Shown: positions 27,860 through 38,700, counted from the stretch's first letter. The stretch is DNA of 64,000 bases from Bacteriovoracia bacterium (GCA_050246755.1 JBFWVL010000001.1:576001-640000); one strand, 5' to 3'. Translations and numbers: made by a program. The notes: generated by a model from the letters alone, not told the origin.

Positions 27860-28792
27860 TTACTTCTGCTCAAACCCGGATTTTTTCGCCAAGATATAAA
27901 TGGGCCGGCCCTTAACCTCATCATAGGCTTTTCCGAGATAGATCCCCAAAAGGCCGCTGCTCAAGAGCTGCAACCCTCCCATGAACAAAATCAGCAGGAT
28001 CACCGAGGTCCAGCCGGGGACGGTTTGGACCGTGAAAAAATGAACATAGAAAATATAGGCGGCGTAAAAGCAGCCGATAAAAGTGACCATCATCCCGGCG
28101 TAGGCGGCGAGATAAAGAGGCTTGGAAGAAAAACTCGTGATTCCTCCGAGCGCCAAAGAAATCATTTTTCGTATCGAGTACTTTGTTTCTCCATGCTCCC
28201 GCTTGGCCGCCACGTAAGGAACTTCGATGGCATTAAATCCCACCCAGCCGGTGAGCCCGCGCAGGAAGCGCACGCGCTCGCGGAGGCCACAGAGCACCTT
28301 CACCACCTCACGGTCGAGTAGCCGGAAATCGGCGGCATTAGCGGTAAGGTTCACGTTGGCGAGCAAAGAAAAAAACTTATAGAAAAGCCCGCTGGTTAGT
28401 TTTTTATGCCAGGAAATTCCTTCGGTGCTTTCCCGCACGGCGATCACGATCTGGTAGCCGGCACGCCACTTCTCGATCAGCTTGGGCACAATCGCGGGGG
28501 GATGCTGAAGGTCCGCGTCCATGGTGATCACGGCCCGGCCGCTGGCGGCCTCGAGCCCTGCCGTAAGCGCGGCCTGGTGCCCGAAATTCCGGGAAAAACA
28601 GAGGAGCCGCACGCGGGGGTCGGACTGAATTAGGCGCTCCACTTCGAGGGCGGAGCGGTCGGTGCTGCCGTCGTCCACGAAAATAAGCTCAAAGGAAGGT
28701 CCGATTTTTTCAAATTCCGCGCAGAGCGCGGCGTAAATCCTGGGAACGTTTTTTTCTTCGTTCATCATCGGAATTACAACTGAGAAATCCAT
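27860..28792 (-). CDS. GT2 polyprenol-phosphate glycosyltransferase (GtrB/YkoT-like)
   Basis: VDDGSTD, SRNFGHQAAL, DADLQHPP, DFRLLDR, two C-terminal TMs, EVKGRPIY. Confidence 0.92.
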   Translation of the reverse strand: MDFSVVIPMMNEEKNVPRIYAALCAEFEKIGPSFELIFVDDGSTDRSALEVERLIQSDPRVRLLCFSRNFGHQAALTAGLEAASGRAVITMDADLQHPPAIVPKLIEKWRAGYQIVIAVRESTEGISWHKKLTSGLFYKFFSLLANVNLTANAADFRLLDREVVKVLCGLRERVRFLRGLTGWVGFNAIEVPYVAAKREHGETKYSIRKMISLALGGITSFSSKPLYLAAYAGMMVTFIGCFYAAYIFYVHFFTVQTVPGWTSVILLILFMGGLQLLSSGLLGIYLGKAYDEVKGRPIYILAKKSGFEQK

Positions 28793-28840
28793 ACTTTTTG
28801 TTATCATGCCGAGAAACACTAAGTAAACGGGAAAGCTCGC

Positions 28841-30184
28841 TTGAATCGCAACTCCTCAATTTATTTCTTCGCGGCCAACCTTCTGAAGAATCACGGAAAA
28901 AAAATGGCCCGCGTCACGTTCCTCGCGGCCCTGCTGGCCGGAGTACTCTTCACACCTAAATATCCTTTATTTAGGGCCGGCATCCGTGTTCCATGGAGCC
29001 TGGGTTACGCGAGTAATATCGCGCGCAAGATCGTTTACCGCGAGCCCACTTCGATGCCGGACTGGCAGTTCGACGATCCGGGCCTCCTGCTCTTCGCCGT
29101 CCCCTTCTACTTAGCTCAGCCCAGCTATCTTTTTTCCAACCCCAACAAAGAGATTCCACGCTCCTTCATTTGGGTAATGTGCGCGATATACGCCGTCATG
29201 ATGGCCCTTCTCTATTGGCTTTGCGCACAATTCCTGGGAGAGTTAGTGACGCTTCTCCTTTGCTCGTTTTTGGCGCTTTCGCCGGTGTATAGGGCGGCGG
29301 CCATGAGCGTGGACGTGCACCTATTCCCGGTATATGCGGGAATCCTTTTCCTACTTTGCGCATTTCTGCTCGGCCGGAGGCCAACTACTCGGAAAAGCAC
29401 GCTGGCTCTCTGCGCCGCCGGTATATTTGCCTGCGACCTATTCCGCAGCTCGGGAATATTCGTAACGGCCGGCTTCCTGCTTCTGCAGGCACGCCCCGAA
29501 TCCCTGCAGGCTTTATTCCCGATTCGCTCCGGGGCCTTAGTAAAAAATGGCGCGCTCCTCTGCCTGGGACTACTGCTGGCGGCCAGCTTATGCTCGAGGG
29601 GAATCGGGCGGGCGGGCCACCCCGTATGGCATGCCCTGCACGCGGGGCTAATGGAGTTCGGCGGCCATATCGACGAACGGCAGCAGATTTACCCATTTTT
29701 TGTTCCGAAGGAGGAAATCCCCGCAACGGCAGCCTGGAATCCTACCTGGAACGATACGTTCGAGATAAACTTTGCGAAACAGAAGGCGCCAAGCGCCGCA
29801 GCCTACTCGCCCGAATATTCGGCCGTGCTGCGCGAGGATTTTTTTCGAATCGTTTTTTCCTATCCGACGGGATTCGCGAAACTGATCAGCTACCGGCTCT
29901 GGAATTTTTTCGATTTGAATTATTGGGGGAGAAAAGAAGGAACAGACTACCATTCACTTCCCGAAAGCTTCTTGTCGTTGCGAGGATTCTCTTCACTGCT
30001 CGTATTTCTACTAGCGGGGTACGGCGCCGTGCTCGCGCCGATCGTAGCGGTAACGCTGCTGCCTCTCGCTCTGCCCCCGCTGCTTGTGTCCACGACCTAC
30101 TTTTACTATCTGCTGCCGGGCCAGTTCGCGCTGCTACTTCTGGCCGCCTGCGCAGTTGCCCGAATACGCCGCCGCTTTATCTAG
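28841..30184 (+). CDS. Polytopic membrane protein, possible GT-C glycosyltransferase
   Basis: Multiple TMs, DDPG in the first loop, large periplasmic loop; divergent from the GtrB-like gene; start uncertain. Confidence 0.5.
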   Translation: MNRNSSIYFFAANLLKNHGKKMARVTFLAALLAGVLFTPKYPLFRAGIRVPWSLGYASNIARKIVYREPTSMPDWQFDDPGLLLFAVPFYLAQPSYLFSNPNKEIPRSFIWVMCAIYAVMMALLYWLCAQFLGELVTLLLCSFLALSPVYRAAAMSVDVHLFPVYAGILFLLCAFLLGRRPTTRKSTLALCAAGIFACDLFRSSGIFVTAGFLLLQARPESLQALFPIRSGALVKNGALLCLGLLLAASLCSRGIGRAGHPVWHALHAGLMEFGGHIDERQQIYPFFVPKEEIPATAAWNPTWNDTFEINFAKQKAPSAAAYSPEYSAVLREDFFRIVFSYPTGFAKLISYRLWNFFDLNYWGRKEGTDYHSLPESFLSLRGFSSLLVFLLAGYGAVLAPIVAVTLLPLALPPLLVSTTYFYYLLPGQFALLLLAACAVARIRRRFI

Positions 30185-30966
30185 CGGGCGCCATTCTCCA
30201 TCACGGCGTGAATCCAACTTAGGTAGTTCACCACGATGATGGAAAAGGTATGATGGCCGCCACCGTCGCAACTCATATTGTCGGCATCGATATAGCTGCT
30301 TACGGCAGCGAGATAATATTGATTGGCGATCTTAATATATGCTGGACCGCCTGAATCACCCACGCAACCCGATTGCTTGCCTTCAACGTCGCCCATTTGC
30401 ACGATGAAATTCTTCTCGTCCCGGGCCTGCACTTGGAGGTTTGCTGAGGTAAGGCCATTATGGAGGCCTACACCAGTTTTACCAAATCCCTGGAGCACTA
30501 CCGTTCCGGCCAACTGGGTTACGTCCTTGAGCATTGGCACGGGCGTAAAAGGTGCGGGAGCCGCGCTTTCTAGGCGTAGGACGGCGATATCATTATTGTC
30601 CTCGAAACGCTGAGGCTCGGGCGTGTAGTTGGGGTGAATTTTCCAGGCGATCACTTTGCGCTTAGCCACTAACTTTTCGCCGTCGAAAAAGGCCACGAAT
30701 TCGGGTGTCACGATCGCGCAATGAGCTGCGGTGAGCACGTAAGTGGGACTGATCAGGGTGCCAGTGCAAGTGCCGCCGCTGAGCTTTACGAATACCGTGG
30801 ATCCCCAGCCCCAGGCATTCTTTGCCACCGGAGTGCCGGAAAATATGCCCGAGAAACTGGGAACGACCGACTTATCGAAGCCACGGCGCAGGCTATTTCC
30901 TTCTTCGGCGCGGGCCACGTTTAGAAAGAAAGCAATCAAAGCCAGGGTAAGAGCGAAACGCTGCAT
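30181..30966 (-). CDS. Secreted trypsin-like (S1) serine protease
   Basis: TAAHC, DIAV, GDSGGP triad motifs; signal peptide. Confidence 0.95.
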   Translation of the reverse strand: MQRFALTLALIAFFLNVARAEEGNSLRRGFDKSVVPSFSGIFSGTPVAKNAWGWGSTVFVKLSGGTCTGTLISPTYVLTAAHCAIVTPEFVAFFDGEKLVAKRKVIAWKIHPNYTPEPQRFEDNNDIAVLRLESAAPAPFTPVPMLKDVTQLAGTVVLQGFGKTGVGLHNGLTSANLQVQARDEKNFIVQMGDVEGKQSGCVGDSGGPAYIKIANQYYLAAVSSYIDADNMSCDGGGHHTFSIIVVNYLSWIHAVMENGAR

Positions 30967-31109
30967 GAAGGGTCCTCAGGATATGGGGCTATGCGGCTTA
31001 TACCCTTGCGTCATAAGAGGAACAAGGGGGAAAGATGAATTTTGCTGCCCCGGGTCAATATTTCTGAAAATTACTTAAACTCGCCTGCCGAACTAGCCGA
31101 TTTTATGGA

Positions 31110-31874
31110 GTGAGATGGATAAAATACCTAGTTTTATTAAACACTTTTATCGCTCCCGCCTGGCCGGCAGAAGGCGATGATCTTTTCTGCCAAGAGCTGA
31201 AAATAGGCGCTTCGCGGCCCATCCAACTCGCAGACCGAAACCAAACCACGGGCCTCACGCATTGGCAGCGCGTGGAGCGTACGGGAATCTATTCTTATCG
31301 CCTCCATTTCCAGCTGCGATTCCTCCCTTTTCGTTCGGAAGAAAAAATCGATCCGGGATTCCGGGAACGGATGGCCTCCTGCCTGGAAGAATTCAATCCT
31401 AAGCTCCAAGCCAAAGACGAAGAGGGCCGCGTTTGGAAAGTAGAGCTGGTGATTGATCCGGCGGAATCCGAAGCGCTCACCATTTTCGTCGGCGGTAAGG
31501 GCACGAATCCTAAAGCGCGCTGGCGCACCAAAGATTTCCTCCGCCCATCTTATTTGCTCTATCCTTCCGACATCAGCTGCCAAAGCGTCGTGCACGAGAT
31601 GCTTCATCTTGGCGGCCTCGTGGATGAGTACAGCGAGGGCAAGGAATTTCCCTGCCGCGCGGCCGGCCCCCTCAGCTCAGTGATGAGCAACGAGTACCTC
31701 GCCCTCGGCGAAACCACGAAATTCGCTTTGCAGCCGGCGCACGTGCGCGCCCTGGCTTACCCCGGCTGCCAGGAAAAAAACGCCAAGTACTACCACTGCG
31801 CGCAACGGTCCTACCTCACCGGGGGCTGCCATGCCCTGCCCGAGTGCGCCGTTGATTCCGGCTGGTTGCGCTAG
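31110..31874 (+). CDS. Secreted zinc metalloprotease (metzincin-like)
   Basis: HEMLHLGGLVDEY (HExxHxxGxxD) and Met-turn SSVMS; signal peptide. Confidence 0.8.
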   Translation: MRWIKYLVLLNTFIAPAWPAEGDDLFCQELKIGASRPIQLADRNQTTGLTHWQRVERTGIYSYRLHFQLRFLPFRSEEKIDPGFRERMASCLEEFNPKLQAKDEEGRVWKVELVIDPAESEALTIFVGGKGTNPKARWRTKDFLRPSYLLYPSDISCQSVVHEMLHLGGLVDEYSEGKEFPCRAAGPLSSVMSNEYLALGETTKFALQPAHVRALAYPGCQEKNAKYYHCAQRSYLTGGCHALPECAVDSGWLR

Positions 31875-31942
31875 TAGGCTGAAAGCGAAAATTTATTGCC
31901 CCTAACTCCGCGGCGCTATACGTTTTCCTCAGGGAGAACTCT

Positions 31943-32380
31943 ATGAAGGCAATCGTTCTGGCGCTATTTCTACCCATCACCGCCCTCGCGACCTTCGATG
32001 GCCGTTATAGCGGCCCCGGCACCTCGCTCATGCACCAAAGCGGAAATCGCCGCGACTGCCGCGAAATCTTCCTCAAGCTCCAGGGCGGAGAAAAAGCACT
32101 GCGGATCCTCGAGGGCGGCTATATCTGCGGAGATATCCAGGCCAGCTTCGATCCCTTCACGCTGGAAATCCGCGAGGGAAAAATCTTCCTCGAAGGCCAG
32201 AGCGTGGGCACGATTTCCGAAAACGATCTGGACCTTCTCTATAAAAGCGAAGAAGAAAACTTTACCTACCATTGGCACCTGCAGCAGGCCGGCGACGAAA
32301 TCAACTACCTGGAAGAATGGGCTTCGGGTGGCGCCCCCAGCCTCACCGTGCAGGGTAAGCTGAAAAAAATATCCCCATGA
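31943..32380 (+). CDS. Secreted beta-rich hypothetical protein
   Basis: Signal peptide, two Cys, GGGAG RBS. Confidence 0.7.
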   Translation: MKAIVLALFLPITALATFDGRYSGPGTSLMHQSGNRRDCREIFLKLQGGEKALRILEGGYICGDIQASFDPFTLEIREGKIFLEGQSVGTISENDLDLLYKSEEENFTYHWHLQQAGDEINYLEEWASGGAPSLTVQGKLKKISP

Positions 32381-32565
32381 AGTTCGTTCGCCTCCTCATC
32401 GCATTTTGCACCTGCGTTCCCGCCCTCGCGATGCCCTACCGCCTTCGCCTAACGTACATGCATACGCTCGCCTACCTAGTGCATGCGCCCTACCGCTTAT
32501 TCGGAATCCTGGCCCGCAGCTTTTTGGCCCAGCTCGAAGAAAAAAATCCCTATGAACGCCCCTAG
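32377..32565 (+). CDS. Small hydrophobic hypothetical protein (62 aa)
   Basis: ATGA overlap with the upstream gene; its stop overlaps the next start; amphipathic. Confidence 0.55.
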   Translation: MKFVRLLIAFCTCVPALAMPYRLRLTYMHTLAYLVHAPYRLFGILARSFLAQLEEKNPYERP

Positions 32566-33373
32566 CGCAAAGTGCGCCGTCCTTTTTTCCGGGGGCACGG
32601 ATTCCACCTGCGTGGCGGCGCTCCTGGCGGCTAGCCACTCCGAGATTCACCTCCTCACCTTCTTTGAAGAAGGCACCAAAAATAGCCCCATCCCGAAAAA
32701 TAATATCCTGCTCCTCGAAAAAAAATTTCCCGCGGTGAAATTCGTCCACCGCGTGCTCAGCACGGACTCGCTGGTAAAAAAAATTAGCTACGAAGGCTAC
32801 TTAAAAAACCTCTGGCGCCATGGTTTCTTCCTGCTCGCCACGCCCGGATTTTCCACGCTGAGCTGGCACTCCACCATGATTGCGTATTGCCGCCGGGAAG
32901 GTATCAGCGCGGTGGCCGACGGACTCACCCGCGAGCTGATGCATTTTCCTGGTCACATGGACGCCATCATTGGCTTGTTCAGGAAGTTTTACGCCGGCTT
33001 CGGGATCGAATACAAAAATCCGGTGCGGGAATGGGACATCCCCCCCGACCAGCAATTCCTGGATCGCCTCATCGTGGATCACCACGCTTTCTTCAGCGAC
33101 GCCTCCCTCCCCGAAAAGAAAGACGCCAAAACCACCGGCGCCTATTTGTTTTCCCTCGGGCTCACGCCCGCTCCCGACGTGAAAGGCACCGACTACGACC
33201 GGCGCATGCAGCACGATTGCTATCCCTTCGTGCTCTATAATATTTTTGCGTTCTGGATGTATCTCCCTTTTCGCCCCTACGCCCAATTTGAAAACCGCCT
33301 CGCGTCGCTGTTTCGCGAAAAAATAGCTCGCTGCGAAGCCTGGCTCCAAGACGGAAGTATTTCCTGCGAATGA
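32552..33373 (+). CDS. PP-loop (adenine nucleotide alpha-hydrolase) protein of unknown function
   Basis: CAVLFSGGTDST PP-loop; lacks the QueC Cys cluster; ATG 32552. Confidence 0.75.
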   Translation: MNAPSAKCAVLFSGGTDSTCVAALLAASHSEIHLLTFFEEGTKNSPIPKNNILLLEKKFPAVKFVHRVLSTDSLVKKISYEGYLKNLWRHGFFLLATPGFSTLSWHSTMIAYCRREGISAVADGLTRELMHFPGHMDAIIGLFRKFYAGFGIEYKNPVREWDIPPDQQFLDRLIVDHHAFFSDASLPEKKDAKTTGAYLFSLGLTPAPDVKGTDYDRRMQHDCYPFVLYNIFAFWMYLPFRPYAQFENRLASLFREKIARCEAWLQDGSISCE

Positions 33374-34458
33374 AATTTCTTTTGGTAAATATTTTTCTTT
33401 TCCTTTCCCTGGCTGGCGCGGGCGAGCTCGGCTCCCGCCTCTGGACGAAAAATTTCGGCAATCCCGTGGACAAAACCCTCGCGATCCTCCGGCCTGACCC
33501 CTCGCTGGGCTGGCGCGGGCGCCCGCACTTGAAGGAATTTTTTTTTGGCGGCGGCCTGGAAACCGATGGCGAAGGCTTCCGCATCCCGAATGAGTCGTCC
33601 TCCGCCCAAAAACAGCTCTGGACCTTCGGCCCTTCCTCCGCGTTTGGCTGGGGCGTAGAAAACGAAGGTACCTACACCCAGCGCGCCGCCAAAGGCCTCG
33701 GGTGGACGGCACGCAACCTCAGCCAAATCGGGTACTCGTCGGCACAAGGATTAAGCCTCGTGGCGCAATACCCTCCGCCCGAAAACTCCTCGGTGCTATT
33801 TTCCTACGGGATTAACGACCTAGATCGTTTTCGTTTCTTTTTTCCCTCGTTCCAAAGCGACGCGGAATTTTTTGCCCACCCTCTGTCCCCCGGCGAAATA
33901 TTCGTGGCTAATTTAGGCTCGCATTTTCACTTCCTGCGTTACCTCCTCCGCGGCGCGGGAAATATACGGGCAATGGTTCGCTGCCCCCTCCCCCCCACGC
34001 TTCCGCTCCGGGTGCCCATTCCCTCAACCATCGAAAATCTGGAAAAGTTTTCCGCGTCTCTCTCGGCTATCCACGCCACGCTCGTCGTAATCGATACCCC
34101 CTACCTTCCCGCTCGCATTCAGGATGGCCTGGCCAGCTCGGAGAAAATCTACCGCGCGGCCTACGAGGCTTCCGTGGCGGGCGCTTGTGGAAAATCCCAC
34201 GCGCTATTGGAAAAATTTCTGGCCTTAGAACCCACGCGCATCCACCAAGACGTAAATCTTCTCAATGCGGCCCTCGCGCAGTGGGCGGCGCGTAGCGGCA
34301 CCCTGATCGTAAAGGCTTCCCATTTACTTTCCGAACCCGCTGATTTTGTGGATCCAATCCACCCCTCCGCCCTCGGGCACGAAAAAATCGCGGCGGCCAT
34401 TACGCAGCTGCTGCAAAGTAGGAAATCCGCGAAAAATGTGGGAAAGTGGAAACCATGA
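33370..34458 (+). CDS. Membrane-anchored SGNH/GDSL hydrolase
   Basis: FGPSSAFGWG, GYSS, YGINDL, DPIHPSALGH. Confidence 0.88.
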   Translation: MKFLLVNIFLFLSLAGAGELGSRLWTKNFGNPVDKTLAILRPDPSLGWRGRPHLKEFFFGGGLETDGEGFRIPNESSSAQKQLWTFGPSSAFGWGVENEGTYTQRAAKGLGWTARNLSQIGYSSAQGLSLVAQYPPPENSSVLFSYGINDLDRFRFFFPSFQSDAEFFAHPLSPGEIFVANLGSHFHFLRYLLRGAGNIRAMVRCPLPPTLPLRVPIPSTIENLEKFSASLSAIHATLVVIDTPYLPARIQDGLASSEKIYRAAYEASVAGACGKSHALLEKFLALEPTRIHQDVNLLNAALAQWAARSGTLIVKASHLLSEPADFVDPIHPSALGHEKIAAAITQLLQSRKSAKNVGKWKP

Positions 34459-34646
34459 GCCCCGAAGAGAAAAAAACGGAAGCCCCGCGAACGATCGGTG
34501 ATTTTTTAAAATTTACTTTTTGGAAAATGATCGAGAAAAAGAAGCTCTATCTTTTTCCCATGTGGATTCTTCTCGCGGCCATTGCCTTACTGCTCGTTCT
34601 CTCCGGAAACTCTCACCTGCTCCCCGCGATCTATATCGCATTCTAA
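34455..34646 (+). CDS. DUF5989 (SxtK-like) small membrane protein
   Basis: KKLYLFPMWILL...LLPAIYIAF pattern; ATGA overlap with the SGNH gene. Confidence 0.75.
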   Translation: MSPEEKKTEAPRTIGDFLKFTFWKMIEKKKLYLFPMWILLAAIALLLVLSGNSHLLPAIYIAF

Positions 34647-35044
34647 GCCGCTACCCGCTCCCTCGATTCCGCCTCCAAGCAGGCCACAACCTGCGCAAGC
34701 AGTTCCCTGCACACGAACGGCTTGGGCAAAACTCCGTTTAAGCTCGGGTTATCCAGCGCGGCCCGTTGGGCCTCGGAACAGCCGGTCATGAGGATAAAGG
34801 GTAGAGAATATTCTTTCCGCAACCAGCGTAGAAAGTCGAATCCGCTCATGTCGGGCATATTGGCGTCGCAAAGCACCATATCTATTTCGCCGGATCGCAC
34901 CAGCGCCTGGGCATGCGTAGCGTTCTCCGCGAGTACCGGCGCGTACTGATTGCGCAACAGAATGAGCTCAATTACCGCCCTTAATTCCGGCTCGTCGTCG
35001 ATCACCAGGATTCTCTTTTTCGCGCCGGCCACTGAGTGCTTCAT
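34643..35044 (-). CDS. Single-domain response regulator
   Basis: IDDE, CDANMP, MTG, PKPF. Confidence 0.9.
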   Translation of the reverse strand: MKHSVAGAKKRILVIDDEPELRAVIELILLRNQYAPVLAENATHAQALVRSGEIDMVLCDANMPDMSGFDFLRWLRKEYSLPFILMTGCSEAQRAALDNPSLNGVLPKPFVCRELLAQVVACLEAESRERVAA

Positions 35045-35173
35045 ACTACTAAGTATCGCCTGTACTTAGCGGATTGGTTTGAAGCCCATATTATGGATTG
35101 TATATAATTCTCGGCTTAGCCAGCGAAAATGGGCTGTTGCCGTGGAGAGACGGCTTGGATACCGGTGGCCTGG

Positions 35174-35677
35174 CTAAAATCCTAAATTTAGGGATGCCTT
35201 GGGGGTTAACCCCGTGGCGGGCAAAGCTTCCACACCCAAGCGCATGTCACTATTTTCGCTCGTCTTCAATTTAATGCCGGCCTCGGAGTCCCAGTGCTTG
35301 CGAACATCGAAGGTCACGCATTTATTCCGAAGCCCTTCCACGTACACCGAGGCAACGGTCGTCACTTTTGCTTCTGCCAACACAAGGGCGTCTTCCTCTT
35401 GGTAAGGCATATTTTTCATGCAGCGAAACGTACGATCTTTGCTTTCGGGTTCCGCGGGCTTGTCGGCCGCCTCTTTGGATTGCAAGCGCAGGTAAAAGCT
35501 CTCTGTCCCGTACTCGATCTTTTTGTATTTTGTAGTACCAATCACCAAAACAGATTCCGTAACCTGAACCTTAGACGGAGCCTTGGCTTCGATCTTTGGG
35601 GGAGCGAGATTTTTCAAGGGAATATCTTTCGCCATCAAGCTGGGAGAGAGGAATAAAGCGAAAAGAGGAAGGAACAT
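35174..35677 (-). CDS. Secreted hypothetical protein
   Basis: Signal peptide MFLPLFALF; two Cys; C-terminal LNLGF. Confidence 0.65.
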   Translation of the reverse strand: MFLPLFALFLSPSLMAKDIPLKNLAPPKIEAKAPSKVQVTESVLVIGTTKYKKIEYGTESFYLRLQSKEAADKPAEPESKDRTFRCMKNMPYQEEDALVLAEAKVTTVASVYVEGLRNKCVTFDVRKHWDSEAGIKLKTSENSDMRLGVEALPATGLTPKASLNLGF

Positions 35678-35745
35678 TCCCTGGTTATAGCAGAAAATGC
35701 CCTGTGCGCTTACCCGCAATAAAAAATTAGGACGCAGGGCATTCG

Positions 35746-38700
35746 CTATTGGCGCTCAAGGTACTTGATGTGCATGTGACGAATGCGCATGAAGAGAGAG
35801 GTATCGGGATCGGCGAGAAAGCTCACGGACCCCTGAAGAACGCCCGTGAAGCCGATGTATTCTGGAGCAGGCTGTGTGTCCACCAGTGCGGTGGCAAAGT
35901 AACCAGCCATACCGCCGGCGAGGCCATAAGCCGATCCCTGCGCCGCGTGCTCCTTCTCAAACTGCGCCAGCTGCTGACGGAGCTTCTCGCGGAGACTCAT
36001 TTTAGCAATGGCGCCTTTAGAGGCCGTAGGCTTCGCGGTCGCAAGAGTGGCAGGCCCATTGGCTTTGCCTAGCGTGCCTGCCTTCGAAGCACCACTACTA
36101 GATAATAATTGTTTTTCAGAAACGGAACCAGCGCCCGTTTCGCCCGCTTTCATCGAGGCCAATTTCATCCCACCAGTATCGGCGGCGGAATTTCCCGGAG
36201 CGCCGGAAATGTCCGATTCTGGCTTGGAAGCGATACCTTCCTTTCCCGCTACGTTAAGCTCGGGCGCCGTACCCCCAAAACCGAAACTTCCGCCGCCCCC
36301 TTTGGCGGCCGGCCCACCAGATATGCCGCTTGGAATGCTTCCTGGCGCACTGCCATTACCCGCAGGGCCTTCATTACCACTGAGTACGCTGGAGGGCGCC
36401 CGGGAGGGCGTAAGGCTCGAGACAGGCGAAGAAGTTGGCGGCCCCGGGAAGCTGGGCGGAATGCTCGCCAGGGCAGAAGAATCCGGGCGTACTATGCTTC
36501 CGGCAAGGGGGTCGCTCTTGATCGCCGGAGATGCCGCGACAAATTCACTCAATGGACTAGGTAAAGCTGCCGCCACCACGTCCCGGACACGAATAATACT
36601 ACTTGGAATCACTTCGTTGACCACTTTACCGACTCCCTTTATGGCCGCATTTATGCCATTGGAAGTGGTGCCAATGGCTCGCTGTATGAGAGACGGGGGC
36701 GCCTTTATTGGAGTACGCGTAATTGCTGCCTGGGCCCGTACGTTCGAGCTTCCGGCCGCCTCTAGCCGAGCTACGCTCGATTTACCTTCCTGTTTTAATC
36801 CTCGGCTATATTCTTTTTTTGCAAATTTCGCCGAGGCCGTTTCGGCTCTCTTCATGGCACTTTCAAAAATGCTCTCAGGGTTTGCCTTCACCAGAGATTT
36901 GCTAATCTTTTCCGAAATCGCGTTCGCTTCGCCTACGTCGCGAGCGATCGCCCCTCTCATTGATTCAATTTTCGCCATTACCTCGGTTCGTAAACCCTCC
37001 CTAGCGCCTAAACCGGTATCTGCCAGCATGGAAAGATCTTTTTCCGACCGAGAAACCACGATGGAAGCTTCGCCTATCTTGTTATTGTAGGCGTCCTTTG
37101 CGTCGAAGACCGCTTGTAGCTCCCCGTTCTCTCCCCTTCTCAGAGCGTAGGCTAATTCGCGTTCTTCCATTAGCCTATCTTGTATCGCGGCTAAGTGGGA
37201 TTCGGCCGCTGCGCTATGATCGCGATACTGCTTGAGCGCATCGAAATCTTTGGTGAGATTACCGTGCGGGCCGACGGAGTCGGGGCTAATACCATAAAAT
37301 TCTAATTTAGATTTTAATGCACTGGGAACCGGCGCGCCCGTTTTGCGCAATACCGCGAAATCGCGGGCCGCGGACAGGCCATCTTTGGCATTCATGCGGT
37401 AGGTTGGCAATTCCTGTAAGCTACTAAAATTTCGGTAGCCTTCCGGGCCAACTGGTAAAGCAGATGCTTCGGATTTAAAGTATCCGTCGTACGGCGAGCT
37501 TTTCCCCTTTTCAGCATTACTAACGGAACGGCCGTGAATTGCCTCGTGTAAAATAACCGGGTCGGCGCCGCGTTTAGAAAAATCGACGGACGCGCTTCGT
37601 ACGCTTACCACTTTATCAAAAGTATCTTCGAATCCGTGAGTGCCATAAACGATATTACGAACCGGATCAAAATCCACGGAATAACCCGGGGTTTGCTTTA
37701 AAAAAGTATCGTGCTGGGCAAATCCCGAAGGACGAGAGCTCCTGCTCGGCTGGGCTTTCATGGAGTACACATACCGCTCGGGCACGGAAGCTTTGCCGTA
37801 GGCATTGATGGCGTCTAGTTTAATAACCTCGCCGCCTTCCCTGCCCGTGATCTTTGCGATTTTTTCTATTTCCTTGGCGTGCTGGCGAGAATAATTTAGA
37901 ACGTCCCTCTTCACCTCTTTTGAGAGCGGAACATTGGAATTTACCGCCTCTTTCATTATTGCTTCGAGCTTAACCTCTTTGGAGGAGATGCTTTCTCTAA
38001 GGCTTTCTATCTGCGTTCTTTCGGCAGGAGAAAATTTAGCCAGGGCTGGCTCTTCACTGTACCCTTTCAGCACTTTCTGTTTTTGTGCTTCCAATTCAGC
38101 AGGATTCTCCCAGTAGGGCTCCGCTTTAATCGGAAGCTCGTCGTGATTGCGAAGCATGGCGCTTTCCACAGAATCTTCACCCGAGGTTTTTAGAGAAGCG
38201 ACGGGCTCGGAGACATGGGGAGGTTGATGGCCATTTTGCGCGGGAATTTCTTCATGCCTGCGTACGGCGAGCGACTCCGCGGAATCGTCCGCTGAGCTTT
38301 TGAAGGCATTGATTTCTGGGCTAGTGGCTCGCTCCGCAGAAATGGTCGATTTTTCCGCTAGTGACTCCGACACGCGGGGAGCAGAAACTTCCGGGATATA
38401 GTGGGCGGATGACTCGGGAAAAACCCGGGATACCGAAACTACCTCATCCGCATACCGCGCGGATAGCTTCTCCATCGAATTCGACAAACTCTCCTTCGCG
38501 AAGCCTCTCATTCCAATTTTTTCCAAAGCGCCTCCGGTGAAAGTTCCCGCCACTCCACCGGTTAAACCCGTGGCCATCAGGTTCACGGCCACCATTTTTG
38601 TATCTTTGCTCGCCTTAGCGGCGGTGTCATTTTTGGCTGTTTCAGCTATCGCGCTCTCTGGAAGCAAGCCACTCTGAATCGCAGTTCTATCGGCGGCCTT

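Noticed and set aside
32552-33373. Calling the PP-loop protein queC
   Set aside because: Lacks the C-terminal CxxCxxC zinc motif; no que genes nearby
33370-34646. Saxitoxin biosynthesis from SxtK/SxtL-like genes
   Set aside because: No sxtA, sxtG or sxtI; these small families are widespread outside toxin clusters
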